NCBI GenBank assembly: GCA_964016885.1
Contig: OZ024742.1
Location: forward strand, 145,886,001 to 145,950,000
DNA length: 64,000 nt
Reading direction: 5' to 3'
Source of the DNA: Eledone cirrhosa
Lineage: Eukaryota
The notes beneath the pieces were generated by a model. That model saw only the letters and a program-made list of their open reading frames with translations. It ran no database searches and was not told the DNA's origin. This document shows, one piece after another, positions 49,993 to 63,870 of the stretch (the first letter of the stretch is position 1; every line of letters begins with the position of its first letter). The position numbers and the translations under genes were made by a program.

Positions 49993-52562
49993 TGGTGTAT
50001 AATGTTCAGTTACTGATGGTTCACCAATTTGAGCATTTAATGTTATGTGGATCTGGCTATTGATGCAGGATTTTATGCTTGTGTCTTCACCAGTTTTGGA
50101 ATCCGTAACAAACAGAATGTTAATCAAAATATGAAGTAGGATTGAAGTATCAATATAACATTGATTGTGTTTTGCAATCAATTAGCTCAAGGTATAATCA
50201 GTCACGATTGGGCCTGACTCTGGAATCGATAGTTCATCAGACTTGTGGATTCTCAAATATATACTTATTGTTTTATATCATATACTGAAAAGTTTGACAC
50301 ACATGTATGCAAAATCAAGTCTGATTTTAATGGTTTCATGAAACAACACTAACTACCAAAACTTCATATAAATACACCATATTTCACAAACCATAACAAC
50401 AATGACAACAGATTAAACCAGACAAAACAGCCATACAGAGAATATATAAAAACAATTCCAAAACTTAACACACAGAAGTAAACCCCATAAACATAACAAA
50501 AAAAAAAAAACATACTGTAATATATCACAAATAGCTTTAGCCCTTTAAACACTAATCCACCAAAAAACTGCCTCTATTAAAGTGTTCAAAACTTTAGACT
50601 GAAATTTCATTACTGTATGACATATAATATTATATTTCAGTAGTTAAATATATATTCTTTGTTATTAAGTTAAAAGTTAGCTGGCCTGGGGTTAAAACAC
50701 CAAACAACAACAACAACTACTTATGTGTGAGACATAAGTCTGTCGGATCAGGGCTGACCTGTGCTAAAAAAAAAAAAAAAAAAAAAAAAAAAACGATTAC
50801 TACCTGCATGTGTCATAGGTTTGTTGAATCAAGGCTGACCTGTGGCTAAACAACAATTTCAGAGAAAAGGAAAAAAGCTATTTAAACAACTGCTGGTAGT
50901 TGCAGAAGATTGAAGAGGACTGAGACAACATAAATGAATGGAGAAACTGTCTTAGAGTGAGAGGAGCTTGATTATATTTGTTACCAATAAATATCCAGGT
51001 GGAAGAAATGAGTGGCAGGAAGAGTAGATTCTTACACACACACACACGTGTTGGTGTGTGGTGTGGTGTGGTGTGGTGTGGTGTGGTGTGGTGTGGTGTG
51101 GTGTGGTGTGGTGTGGTGTGTGCGTGTGTGTGTGTGCGTGTGTGTGTGCGTGTTGGTTTCAATGATGAGTGTTTAAGTTGTTTGATTGTGGGAACAGCCT
51201 GCCAGTGAAATTAGTGTGCATTCTACATGTTCCTTTAATATAATTCTTAGGAAAATTTGTCAAAACACAGTTTATGACAAAGTTAGCCCTTTGAATTACA
51301 GGTATAACTCATTTTTACTAGCTGAGTGGACTAAGTAATATGAAATAAAGTGTCTTGCTCAAGGGCACAGCACACTACTAGGAATTGAACTCGTGACCTT
51401 ATAGTCATAAACTGAATACCTTAACCATTAAACCACACACACATGCACATCCTTTAAAAATAATTTGGAGTATAAAGTATGTTGTCTGGATAGCAGGGAT
51501 GGGTTAAAGACATGAAATGAAATATCAATGGATGTGGCTTGTGTGTTAGGAGGGTAAAGTCAAAGTTGAGCCAAATTCATTGAACATTGGTGGAGGGGAA
51601 AGGTTCGACAAATTGATTTTGAAATAATTTATTACATTCATTAAGGAGTATATAACTAGCTTGCTGAATCGACAGGCCTCAAAAATGGATGGCACTATGG
51701 TGAGCGACTGGTGTCTGACCAGTCAGGGTATAGGTGATGGACCAGATGACTTTTTGATGCTTGGTTGAGTAGGAAGGTGTTATGTTATGCATGAAGGTGA
51801 AACCAGCCACCAGTGCAGATTTTGATAGTAGTAACAAATATTCAAACAAACTCTTCAAACATGAAAAAGGGTTCAGTGCCAATGGTGGTTTAGCATGAGT
51901 CACTAGGTACTAAGAAATGAGGAAAAGCTTGTATGAAAGGCGCTAGATCTGTCATAGTTGTGTATTATTTTGTGTTATAATTATAATTGAGATTAAGTCA
52001 TTTGTTTGGAAAAAGTACAGATATAGACAAGACACATGGCTCATATTTTTAAAAATCTCTCTGTCTATCTTTATAGCAAAACCAGCTGGAACTCACAAGC
52101 CTAGTGTAGGCTTCTCAAAATCCTGTATTCACTGAAAAGGGACACCAGACAAAAAGATATGAGCCAATGAAGGAGTCTTTATGTGGTTTCTCAACCTTGT
52201 AAAAAAAAGCAGCCGAATTTCCCTTAGATCACATTTTACTGTCTTAATCATCATTTTATGTCCATTTTCTAGGCTGGACAGGTCACCCCTGTCTGACTAA
52301 TAGGGTTGAAGAACAATATCTTGCTCATACATACCATATTTTGGCATGGTTTCTATAATTGGATACTCTTCCTAACATCAACCACTATCCATAAAATGAT
52401 GAGATAGTTACAGCTGAAATATTTTTGACTATAGGTTACTCAATTAGAGCTAGAGCTAAACAACAACAAAAACAACAATACACACAAACATATAATGGTC
52501 ATTAACATTATGTAACCAAGATAAAACACTTTATTATTATATTTCAATGTTGTTGTGCTTAC

Positions 52563-52606
52563 CAAGGAAGGGACAGATCCATAGCTGTCAGTCATCTGCT
52601 TGGAGT
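52563..52606 (-). other. Candidate upstream micro-exon of the BIVM-like gene (ATG at 52595 in frame with the 41538 exon)
   Basis: ttcAG acceptor and G|GTAAGC donor; 11 codons MTDSYGSVPSL ending in phase 0; weak pyrimidine tract. Confidence 0.4.
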
Positions 52607-53419
52607 CTGAATTATAGCTTAATATTTTACAGTTTAAAGTGACAAACTCCTATAGTAGAAGAGGTAAATTGAGTCTGCGACATAGGTTTTATTCTTGGTC
52701 GAAGCCTTATCATTCTATGTATGACATTAATGCCCTTAGGAAAGGCATGTACTTCACATCTTATTTGAACACCCCTAAAATTAGTGAAAAGAAACCAACA
52801 TTATGCTGTAAAAGTAAATCACCATTGATAACAATTTCACTAATTCTAACAAAAATGCATAATTTACACCAGAAACAATTAATGATTGTTAACATTCACT
52901 GATTATTATTAACAATCACTGATTGATAAAAGTCAGTGACTAATAACAACCACTAATTGATAACAACTATTTTAATTGTCATTATCATCATCATCAGCAC
53001 ACACGTGTATGTGTCTGTCTGTATATATGTGTATAAATGTATTCCTCCCCCCTCTCTCTATAATATATATATACATACACTTCATTTTTGTATTTGGAAA
53101 AGAAACAATACAAGACATGCACATACACACACACAGACACACTTGGATACACACATACACTTACATATGGACATACATACCCAAATAATAACAATATTAA
53201 ATGTAGAGCAGCAATAGGTGGGGGTAGGAATGTTACTGCCAGAGAAATGGGTAGATAACATAATTGAATTAGTCAGGGTGAATAATAGGATAATTAAGCT
53301 TTGGCTAGCCTAGGGCAATATTGTAGCTGTCATAACATCTAAATATGCTCCACAAACTGGGCTTGCAAACAGAAGGACCACTTCTATGAGGATCTGCTGC
53401 AAACCAGACTGCATGCATG

Positions 53420-53682
53420 TAAGCAGCGCATTGAGTCGGTGCTTATCCCCGCTTCATGGTGTGAAGCGACTGGGAGTACAAGACTCCCCTTGGACAGGAT
53501 GCCATTTCATCGCAGGGTTAAACCCCCAGCTATTGCTGGTACACATTTTCAGCTGAGTATATTGGAGCAACGTGAAATGAAGTGTTTTGCTCAAGAACAC
53601 AACACACAACCCAGCCCAGGAACCAAACCCACGACATTACGCTCGTAAGTGTAACACCCTTACCACTAGGCCACGTGCCTTC
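53420..53682 (-). mobile_element. Second tRNA-derived SINE family (related copies near 12010-12277, 51300-51440, 57690-57810)
   Basis: Minus strand head gtggcctagtggtaagg…, tgttcttgagcaaaacacttcatttc core. Confidence 0.75.
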
Positions 53683-53684
53683 AT

Positions 53685-56210
53685 CAGACTACGCAACAAC
53701 AAATGACAGTGACACCATTATCACAGCTGGTGACTTCAATGGCCATGTCGGGAAACACTGCAACAAATTACCTGGAGTACATGGAGGATATGGGTATGGT
53801 ACAAGAAATGAGATGGGGTAAAGGCTTCTAGAGCATCACAATGCTCTTGACCTAACCATCTGCAAACAAACCTAAGGAAATCAGCCTGCCACCTGATCAC
53901 CCACTAATTGGGGACAGGCAAGCTAAATTGACTTTGTTCTCATGAGGAAGTAAGATAGGTAAATAGTCATAAATGCCAAGTCTTTCCCTGGGGAAGAATG
54001 CACCATGCCAATATAAATTAGTTGTCAGTGACTTTAAAGTAAGGGCTAGACAGGCAAAGAAACAAAAGCCAGTTTGGAGAAGCAGGACTTGGAAGCTGAC
54101 AGAATCCTCAGCTGGCAACAAATTCAGAGATAATGCTATTTGAAGCTTATGACAGTAAGGAAGAGGTATTGGAGACCAATAGTATGGAGGCAAATTGGGA
54201 ATTCCTAAGAGACAGCTTACTCAAAGCCCTGGATCAGATCTGCAGCTGGAGCAAGCTCCCAGTAAGATGGATATTGGTGTGGTGGTGGAATGACAAGGTA
54301 GATGGAGCCATAAAAACAAAAATACAAGCCTGAAAAAATTGGAGGAAAAGGAGAAAGAGAGAGTAAAACCTAACAGGTAGGTACCAGGTATATTTAGCCA
54401 GGGAACAAGCAAAAAATAAGTTTGAACATATTTTATATCATGAGGATCAGAGGTGCAAAATGTTCCACAGTGCAAGACAGTGTGCTAGAGAAAATTCAAG
54501 ACATAGTTGGGAAAAAATGTGTCCAATATTATAATGGATCACTTACCTTGTCTGACATCATGATTCAAGAAAGAGTCATGGAAGTCCTAGTATGAGAAAG
54601 AGATGAATTAAGGAAATAAATAGGACAATGAAGGCCAATTTTATGTTGACCCAACTGAAAGACCAGCCATAAATTTGATTGCTGGGTAATAGACAAAACA
54701 ATTAGGGGTATGATGGGAAGGAAGGCAGCTAAACCATCTGATTTAGTCGCTGATATGCTAAAAACATCTGGAATGCCAAGTTATGATATAGTTAGACCAA
54801 TTAATCAATTTGTATAAAATGCTGTCATACTCAATGCTTGGCATAATGGTATCATTGTGAACTGCTACAAGGGTAAGGGGGACACATTAGAGCGATGTAA
54901 CGACAAAGGCATCAAGTTGCTAGACCAGGCCATGAAATTTACTAAAAGGGTTATAGCACAACTAATTTGAGACAGAATTAAGGTATGTGAAATGTAGTTC
55001 AGCTTTATGCCAGATAGAGGTACTAATCAGTGTTGTCTCTCTGGTGAGAAAACAGCAAAAATACTTAGCTAAGAGTAACCTGGTTTTTGTGGATTTGGAG
55101 AAGGCCTTTGACAAAGTTTTCTATTGTGTAATCTAGTGGGTACTAAGGCTCATACGGGCTGTGCAAGCCATGTATAGAGGTGCAACCAGCAAGTGAATAC
55201 AATTATGAATTTGAAGTGAAGGTGGAGGTCCATCAGAGCTCAATCCTAATCCCACTTCAGTTTATCACTGTCCTTCAAGCCATTATGGAGGAGATTAAAA
55301 TGGGCATGATATGGGAACACTGTATGCTAATGATCAAGTCCTTATAGCTGAATCAAGGGAAGAGTTAGAGGCAAAATTCCAGGCATGGAAGAAAAACCTA
55401 GAATTGAAAGACATAAAAGAAACTTAGCAAAGACTGAAGTCTTTATAAGTAAGGAGGACAAGATGCTGATACCATCAGGGAAGTGGCCATATTTGATGTG
55501 TTGAAAAGGAGTGGACAAAAACTTCATAAGTGCACATAGTGTAATCTATGGAAGCATAGGTGATGTAGTGTGATTGCAGGGAAGTTAACAGAAAAGACAG
55601 ATTTTATAAACAGCAGATGCATAGGAGAAGCAAGCATTAAGTGCACATATGAAATAGATTCCATTAATTACTTGGGATGCTACATAGAAATATTGACCAC
55701 TTTTGTTACCAAAGGACCAAATCAGCAGTGGAAGAGGGAGTGTGATAGCCAGGATAAGAACAGACTGGAAAAAGCAGTACCCCTGCTGACAACAAATGGC
55801 TTCTCTCTCAGAGTGAAGGGTAGACTGTATGATGTTTGCATGCAAACTACAATGCTACATAGCAGTGAGATATGAAACTTGACTACAGAAGACCTGAGAA
55901 GGCTAGAAAGAAATGAAGCGAGTATGCTCTGATTGATGAGTAATGTTAGTGTACACGAATGATGTAGTCTAAGTGAACTGAGAGAAAAACTTGTCATGAG
56001 AGGAATTGGATGTTATGTGTAAAAGAGAAGACTGCGTTGGTATAGACATATGGTGCATTTGGAAGATTACAATGGTATAAAGGGTTGCAGAGAAATCTCA
56101 GTGGATGGAAATCATGAAAGAGACAGCCTCAGGAAGAGAATGGATTAGATAGTGAGGACTAACTGTAAGAAGCTGAACCTCACAACAGAGATGACAAATG
56201 ACCACTAGAG
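53685..56210 (+). mobile_element. Long degenerate RTE-clade LINE (AP endonuclease + RT), family B
   Basis: AGDFNGHVG, HGGYGYGTRN, WWWNDKV, FVDLEKAFD, VHQSSIL, LYAND, RRLRWYRHM; many stops. Confidence 0.88.
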
Positions 56211-59200
56211 CTATCCTTCATCTACCAGCTTAAAACTTGACTTGACCTGAACCATCCACGAATTTCCCCACCCACAATACACCGTCACTCACAAACCACC
56301 ACCCATGCTCCTGTAGTACCTATTTTCAGCATCACTGTACATTCTCACTCCTACTTTATCAAGGATCATCTCTACTCCTCCTAAATCCTAACATCCACAT
56401 TCTATCCAGAGTCACTGCCAACCCATCCTCCCACTCTATTCTATATCACTCCCCTACATCCTGCCTAGTACTTGTTATCACCACTGTACCATTATCAGAG
56501 GTCTTCCCTCAGCCTATGAAATTACTCCACAATTGGCAACTGCCAATGACATACATCACAATCTGTAAAGTAGAAAGTGCCAGGATAAATGCTTTCAGTG
56601 CACACTGTAAGGTGACTGGTAATAGAAAGGGCTACCAGCTGTAGAAATTATGTAAAAAAAGAGTCAAAAGGACTCTTTAGTTGTGTTTGGGGCTTGACAA
56701 CTTCTTGAGTGTTGGTGGTCTCATGATAAGTGCACCAGTACATTCTGTAAAGTGGCTGGTGATAGGAAGGGCATCCAGCCATAGAAAGCCATGCCATAGA
56801 CATGACGATTTTTCTAGTATTGGTTACATTATAGAGTTTACTTGGTAGAGCAAGGGATTATATGTTGGGGCTCTGACTTACTTGGTAGTCAAACCAATCT
56901 ATGATGATATGTCTAAACCTTGCTAGCAGGGAAAAACAGATGTTAAATGATGATGATGATGATGATGATATATATTTATATATATTCTGTAGTTCCACCT
57001 CTAACAAATTCTCACAAGGTATTGGTCAGCAGGATTGTGAAGTGAGTTCCCTAACCACAAAGTCCTGTTTGTTCTGCATTGATACTCGATTAATGTAGAT
57101 AGCAGTAATTTAACATGCTGGTATGGATTGGACAGGTCATCATAGTCCAAGATAAGATGGTTTGGAAACCATGCCTTGCTTAAATGTTTCATGGTTTCTA
57201 CAGCTGGGTGCTCTTCCAAAAAGTATATCATCCAACACTAATACTTTCACCAATCCAGCACCCTGTATTGTTATTTTATATATTGACCCTGAATGTCTAA
57301 AAAACAAAGGTGACTTCAACAGAATTTGAACTCAGATTACAAAGAACCAGAAGAAATAGCATAAGGCATTAATTATATCCAACTCTTTAATGACTTATCA
57401 CCATTAATAAGCCAATGCAACACTAATATAAAAAAAAAGAACTGACTTTAAAGTTAGTAATAAATAAGTATTTGTAGTTAATAAAGTTAGTTAACTGATG
57501 ACCCATTCAATCTTGAGTGACCATGGGTTTACACCAGAAAAATTCTTTTGTAAAGCAAAGGCCAGAGCAAGGTTTTTTCGTGAAAGACCAGCAGTTGCCC
57601 ATACAGGACAGTTTCCCCTCTCTATGTCTTTGATATTCAAGGGAAGTACAAAATCCGATAAAGCTTTGCACCAGTAATATAAAAACTTATTTTTTCCAGA
57701 TGAGTGGACTGGAACAACAGGAAATAAAGATACAGGGCAGCACTTTGTCTGTGAATTGAACTCACAACCTTATGACCGAGTTGAATACTTTAACCTTAAG
57801 CTATGTTGCTTTATGAAGTTAGTAAAAGCAAAAGAATGGTCACCCCTAACTCTAACATCAGATGTAAAATATAATAACATGAATATTTTTGTTGTTATTT
57901 AGCTTCAGGCCACCCTTGATAGAGCAGATGTACAGACATATCATTGAAGGCATCTTAGCCATGATCACCCAGTATTCTGTATATCTGGGACTAATATTTC
58001 CTTCCAGTTATTGTAAGGGTGTGATTGGAGGATAATAAGCTGCTATTTCTAGCAGGCTGAGCGCCCACATTGTTGGTTGTTGTTGATATCACAAGTAAAT
58101 TCAAAATTCAAATACTTTGTTATAAACATAATACACACACATTATTGGTTATCCATTTTTGTCTAAGTATAATCCTTTCTCTCTTGATTATTATTATGAA
58201 TGGATACAATCTATGTAGCAGGGTGGGTGGGGTTAATTTAAATAAAAGGGGTTGTTGGAAGTGAAAAAGTAGGGAACCACTGGTATAAACAGATTCTAAA
58301 CGCTGGAGTTTTAATTTAGTTTACCTGACTGTACAGGTGCAATAGTTTATGTCGATCAGACAGAAATGAGAATTCTGTTAGTATTTTCGGCAATATCTGT
58401 CTACTGTGATATAAAATGGTGCTACTTACAATGGGAGGATGAGGAGGAGAACATTGCTGTAAAGTTTCCATCCAACCTGGTATTTCCACAGACTGGTACG
58501 CCAGAGAAGCAACAGGAAGTGCAAGAAAGGGGTGCGGTGTGGGAGAGAGACCTTAGCAACTGTGTGAAGGGTGGGGGTGGGGAGTGGGAGAGAGAGACTT
58601 TAGCAACTGTGAGAGGTGGGGAGGGGACCTTAGCAACTGTGAGGAAATCTCTGGGTCAGCTGATGTAGTAGTCACTTGAATGAAGAATAACTTTTGCGAC
58701 TAAACATGTTCCAGTTACTTTTACCCATCTGTTGATGTCTGTCTGTATGTCTCTTTCTCTCATATATATATACACACACACACACACACATATCATCATC
58801 ATCATTTAACCTTTGTTAAATGATGATGATCTCAGTAGGAATATATTTTAGCAATGAAGCTCACTAACTTCAGATTAATACAGCCTAGCCATCATTCTGT
58901 TTGAGAGTGAGGGAGAGAGAAAGAGAGCAAGAAAGAGAGAGAGGTCTATGAAAGGTTCCTAATTTATTGACTTAGCTCCCTTTTTATTATTTTATCGTCA
59001 ATTGTTAACTTTTTCTTGACAATATTTCTAATAACAAAAAAAAACACTGCTTATGATTTTCAAATAATTTTGAAAATAATCGAGAATTTCAAAAGATTTA
59101 GAAATATAATTTTCTTATTAATTTGGTGTTTGGAATATAACCAAGGCTTTTACATAAATTTATAAAGGAAGGTTTTCAGATAAATTATAAACACTCTAAC

Positions 59201-59869
59201 CCTTTCTTTACCATATTTCTAAGGAAAGATATTGCCTATAAATTTCAAATCAATTTGAAAATAATCAAAAATTTAGAAGGATTTAGTATAATATAAAATA
59301 AACAACAGTGTATCATAAAACCAGTGGTGGTTTCAAGCAGTTTGGTAGCAAAAAAAAAAAAAAGAGGGGGGGGGGGGCACTCCCAGACAAAGCTACTCTG
59401 GTAGCCTCTAAATGGTCACTTAACCAGCAAGATATAGCAGCCACATCTTCCGCAAAACACATCATACCTTCTTAGCACAGGAAAGTACAGATTTGTTAAT
59501 GTAGTTTTACATTTCTATAGTGAATCTCCCTGAGAATTATGTTAAAGTTGCATGTGTCAATGGAATGCTCAGCTACATGCATGTTAATTTTATAAGCAGG
59601 CTGTTTTCTTGATCAAACAACTGGACCGCACATTGTGACTGACAGTTCCAATATACACACATCACTAGAAAATGTGATTATCATGGTTAGAATATCTTTG
59701 GTCATAGGTGTACTTCATCAGAGTTCACCTGGGCTAACAACTAAATTTTCTTCTACACTCTTATTTAAAAAGAAAAGATGCTGCAATCAGGCTGTTTGTT
59801 TACAAACGAATCGAACATTATTATTAATGTTCGATATAACCCATAAGTATATGTGTGCATATATATACA

Positions 59870-60240
59870 TATTTACGTGGTTTTGTCTTTGCACGCTATT
59901 GTTCTCCACGCTCCACATATGACTTATTATCTTCGTTTTTTCGTTCATTGCCAGAGAACGTCTCTATGCACCACTTAGAGAACATTAGTCTACGACCTCT
60001 TTTATACCATAAACGTGGTTCTGTCCTTGCACGTAATTGTTTTTCACCGCTCCTATTAATGACGTATTATTCGTTTTTTTTCCCGTTCTTTGCCAGCGAA
60101 CGTCACCATGAACCAAAGTATCGTCTTCCTGTCTTCCTCCGGTTGCAACGTTTTTTGAAATATCCAGTTCTGCGTTTACAGATTGACTTTGTTAGTTTCA
60201 GAAGATCCCGTTAAGGGTGAAAGCAGCGATTCTTTGCTTA
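59870..60240 (-). promoter_or_regulatory. CpG-retaining non-TE island; candidate promoter or first exon of the minus-strand gene
   Basis: Locally high CpG in an otherwise CpG-depleted window, GGAAG motifs, candidate donor ATG|GTGACG at 60106. Confidence 0.35.
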
Positions 60241-60261
60241 AACTTTAATCTGTTATTTTAA

Positions 60262-60300
<39 letters not shown>

Positions 60301-60367
60301 ATGTGTGCATACTTACATTTATGTATCAGCTGTGCTAGGGCGAGAAATAAAATTTTAATTTTATTTT

Positions 60368-60402
<35 letters not shown>

Positions 60403-60712
60403 GGATACGTGTCAACTAGATTATCAATTTATTTTCAACTCATATTATATCCGTATTTGTGGTTACATATACACAAATATACTTGCCCTCATATATGTAT
60501 TTACGCACACATTTTCACCATACACATGCATTTGTACATACATACATATGTACATTTGTGAGTGTATATACACACATATACACACACCTAACTATATTTC
60601 CTTATATTTTTTTTATATATTTTATATGTCTATTGCATTACTTTTATTTATATATATATATATTTTTTTGCATTTCTTGAGGAGACTTTCCAAATATTTC
60701 ACTATGTTTTAT

Positions 60713-60790
60713 ATTGCCTTGTCCGACGAATGAATGAGGATGTTTCTTTCGTATTCGTCTTATTCGGGAAACCTCTGGTAATGAGGTAAT
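60713..60790 (+). ncRNA. Type I hammerhead-like motif (CCGACGA core)
   Basis: attgccttgt-CCGACGA-..gaatgagga…tcttattc..-GAAA-cc(tct)gg-TA-atgaggtaat; 10-bp stem I including G-U pairs. Confidence 0.62.
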
Positions 60791-61149
60791 TATATTGTAT
60801 TGTTTATTATACATTAAATTTTGCTCTGGTACTTACATAGAGCACTCTTCACTCCTATGACTTTTTCAATTTTCAACGGAAACTTCAATATATATATATA
60901 TATATATATATTGTAAAGAGTTGGGATCCTGATGGGTGAGCTTTTGCTGTTTCAACAGCTAATTCCAGACTCAGTCGTCGGAGTCCCGACTCTTTATAAT
61001 ATAACCATACCCTACTACTCCAAGCATTGAGTACTCTGGTGAATAATGGTCTAACCAGTTTCAAACTGAATACATCCTGATTTATCTCTCTCTCTATATA
61101 TAAATAAATAAATAAATAAATATATATATAAATATATATATATATAGGA

Positions 61150-63870
61150 AAAAGTATGACCCCGACGATAGAGCTCAAGCCGTTTCGACGGCTATTTCTG
61201 GACTAAATTAGAATTTTTAGCCTGGTGAATAAATAGCCGAACTTTTCAAGGAGGTACTTCCTTATATGGGAAGATTGTAGTTGTCAAGAGGATTGATTAA
61301 ACTTTGTTGTAAACACAAATAAGTCTATCATGGCATTTGGTGGGAGGTAGGGGTGGCTGAACTTGCCTGTAGAACAATAGGGGAGTGAGTGGAGCGGTCA
61401 AGCGTTGAAAGTGATATGTATACAGCAGATTCTAAGGATAGTGTATGAAGTGGAGGAGGGAGGTTATAGAATAGGTAAATCGAATGAGAGTAGGAGACAA
61501 TAAAAGATAATAGAAAGAAATAAAAAAATATATAAAATTAGATAGTGAGAAATGAATAAAAAAAATCACAAGGCTATCTTACAATTACAGGTTAATAAGT
61601 TGAGAATAGAAAAAACTTGTAGAAATTGAGTAGTACCAGAACTGATACAAAATTAAAGGGGTTTAACACGTCTGCTATAAGTAGTTAGTAAAACGTATTC
61701 GGCCAATTCTATCTTAAAATTACAGGGGTGGGGAACTGATGCTACAGAGGCCCAATGGGCTGCATCGGGGTAGGCGAAAGGGGAAAAGCAGACGAGGAAG
61801 AAAATAGGGTGTGGAAGGAAGTGATAGGATGAGACAGCGGGAAGAAGAAGACAAAGAGGAAAAGAAAAGAAAAGAGATATATCTACCTAAGTAAGCTGGG
61901 GTTTCCCCTAACTTATTCGGCAAGTGTGTGTGTGTGGGGGGGTATTAGCCCTTGTCTACCCACCCGGGTCGTTATGGGTTTTAAGGGCGAGGTAAGTCCT
62001 ACGCAATCTGTGTTTACATGTGGTTACCAGTTCGTCTTTCTTGTTTAGGAGTTGGTCCTTCGAAAACAGTATTTGTAATGTTTCCTCTGAGCATAAGTTA
62101 CACAGACGGCGTCCTCCCATGTAAGAGTTAGCTCTGGACAGTAAGCGCCAAGTGAGATTGTAGGTTATATTATTATCTTGGAGGTCCCAGATGTGGCCCG
62201 AAAGTGTAGTGGCATGTCGCCGGACCGGGTTTCGGAAAGTATGTCGGTGTTGGTAGAGCTGGGTCTTGAAGTCACACGCGGTTAATCCTATATAAGCTTT
62301 GTTGGAGGTGTCCGTCCTCACGTTGCACTGGTAGATCACTTTACATTCTCGGCACTTGTTGAGGGGGCACGTAGATCTATCAGGGCAGTTACACCTCCTG
62401 GTCGGCTCTCCACTGATGTCTAGGTTATTTCTTCCATAGCGGTTGAGTTTTTTGTTGTTTGAGGAGACGATGTTTTGTGCGAAGTTAGGTGTGGTGCTGT
62501 AGGAGAGTTTGATGGTGTCTTTGTTGATTATGTTGTGGTAGCGGTGTTGTAGTGGGAAGTGTTTTTCGAGGAGTCTAAAGAAGATTTTCCCAATAGGTGT
62601 TGCCACCTCGGCATTATGGGGAGGATTGAACCACGTTACGTTGCGTGAGTGGCGGTGTCACCTACTGGTTCTGCTAAGGGAAGCTAGATAAAAGGATAAA
62701 AGGGCCTGGTTGTAATGAGGCGCATGTTCGTCGAATATCTGCTCATTAGCGGACAAACGAGATATGCGGAGGGAGATGTTTTTAACCAGGTTATTGGTGA
62801 TGTTTCTAGGATGGTTAGAGTGGCGGTGGATGTAGTGCAGGTTATCGTTTGGTTTCCTGTATGGGTAGTACATATCATTTTCGAGGTTACGGGTAACATC
62901 CAGGAAATTGACTCGGGTTAGGGACGTTTGTAGGGTGATTTTAAATCCCCAGTCCCGGAAGAAGTTGATTAGTTGTTTACGGACCCGGTCTGTACTACTG
63001 GGGTTGTACCCTTTGAGGGTGAGGAGCCCATCATCCCGGTACAATCCACTGCTGAATGCAGGAAACATTTTGGTGAGTTTAAATAGTAGGAATAATCCTA
63101 TAAGATCTGTGACCTCGGCCGAATCGGTCGCGCCCATACTGACGTCGAAGGGGGAGTCGGGAGCTCTCTTTATCCACTTGGAGTTGTCGAAAAGTAGGAC
63201 TGTCTTCCTGGCGTGGAGAATGATATTTCTTTCCTGGTCAGTGATGGGTGTGAGTGTTTCAGCAAAGTCTAAGGCGGCCATAAGGAGCGGTAAGGTAATA
63301 GATGCATAGTAACTCTCTGTCAAACTGGATGAATTTTGTGTCTCATTTGTCCTCCATATTCCTGAACCATGAGATTACTTCTTGGGTGTTGACCCATAGG
63401 CTAAGTTTCACGTTTTGCTTAACTTTTGGTATAACTCGGTCTAGGATCTTTTTACTGATTCTTCCTATGTCTGACTTCATTGGGTTTATAAGCCTAATAG
63501 ATGGTTTGCGGTCGAAGTCGGATTTGTGGTCCTTCAGTGTGAAGTAGGGAGTCCGTGGGTCTAGGGGTTCAGTGCGGTCGGCGACCCCGAGGCTGGAGGT
63601 AATTTGTTGTCCATCTCGATTTATGTCCTCGATAATTGAATGGTTAGCCTTTTTATAGGTGGAGTTTAGGCTGCTCCTGATCAGTGTGTGGTATCTGTCA
63701 GGGTTGACGAAGTAGAGGTTTCCAGTTTTGTTCGAGTGCACCATGATGTTGTTGGTGTTTTCATACTCTGTTATTTTGCTACGGAGTTGTTGTAGGAATC
63801 TGTTGTGTCTGGGTTTGAATTTAATGCTCTTGACCAGGTGGAAAAGATCGTTCTCGAAGGGTGAGAGCAT
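61150..63870 (-). mobile_element. Penelope-like element (RT + C-terminal GIY-YIG; YRDD-type, probably Nematis-like), lightly decayed and 5'-truncated
   Basis: IRLINP.KSDIG, DVSMG..D.AEV..L.GL, GLYRDDGL, WFNPP, VIYQC…YIGLT, CNLCSEE; TGA stops at 63343 and 62658, one frameshift near 63320. Confidence 0.9.

Noticed and set aside
49912-50010. Hammerhead with (AT)n in stem II
   Set aside because: CTGAAGA and inverted arms are present, but there is no GAAA or stem III; treated as a simple inverted repeat around a microsatellite
58325-58660. Extra 5' UTR exon or 100-aa ORF
   Set aside because: Donor-like CAG|GTAAA is present but the acceptor is undefined; the ORF is partly a short tandem repeat (ttagcaactgtg x3)
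60289-60733. Y/I/H-rich ORFs here and at other (TA)n/(CA)n tracts
   Set aside because: Microsatellite translations
61956-63870. In-frame TGA codons (63343, 62658; also 22973 in the other PLE) as selenocysteine, as reported for some Naiad PLEs
   Set aside because: They fall in non-Cys, basic contexts consistent with CGA to TGA decay, the element also has a frameshift, and I saw no AUGA/AA/GA SECIS hairpin downstream. A SECIS search would settle it.
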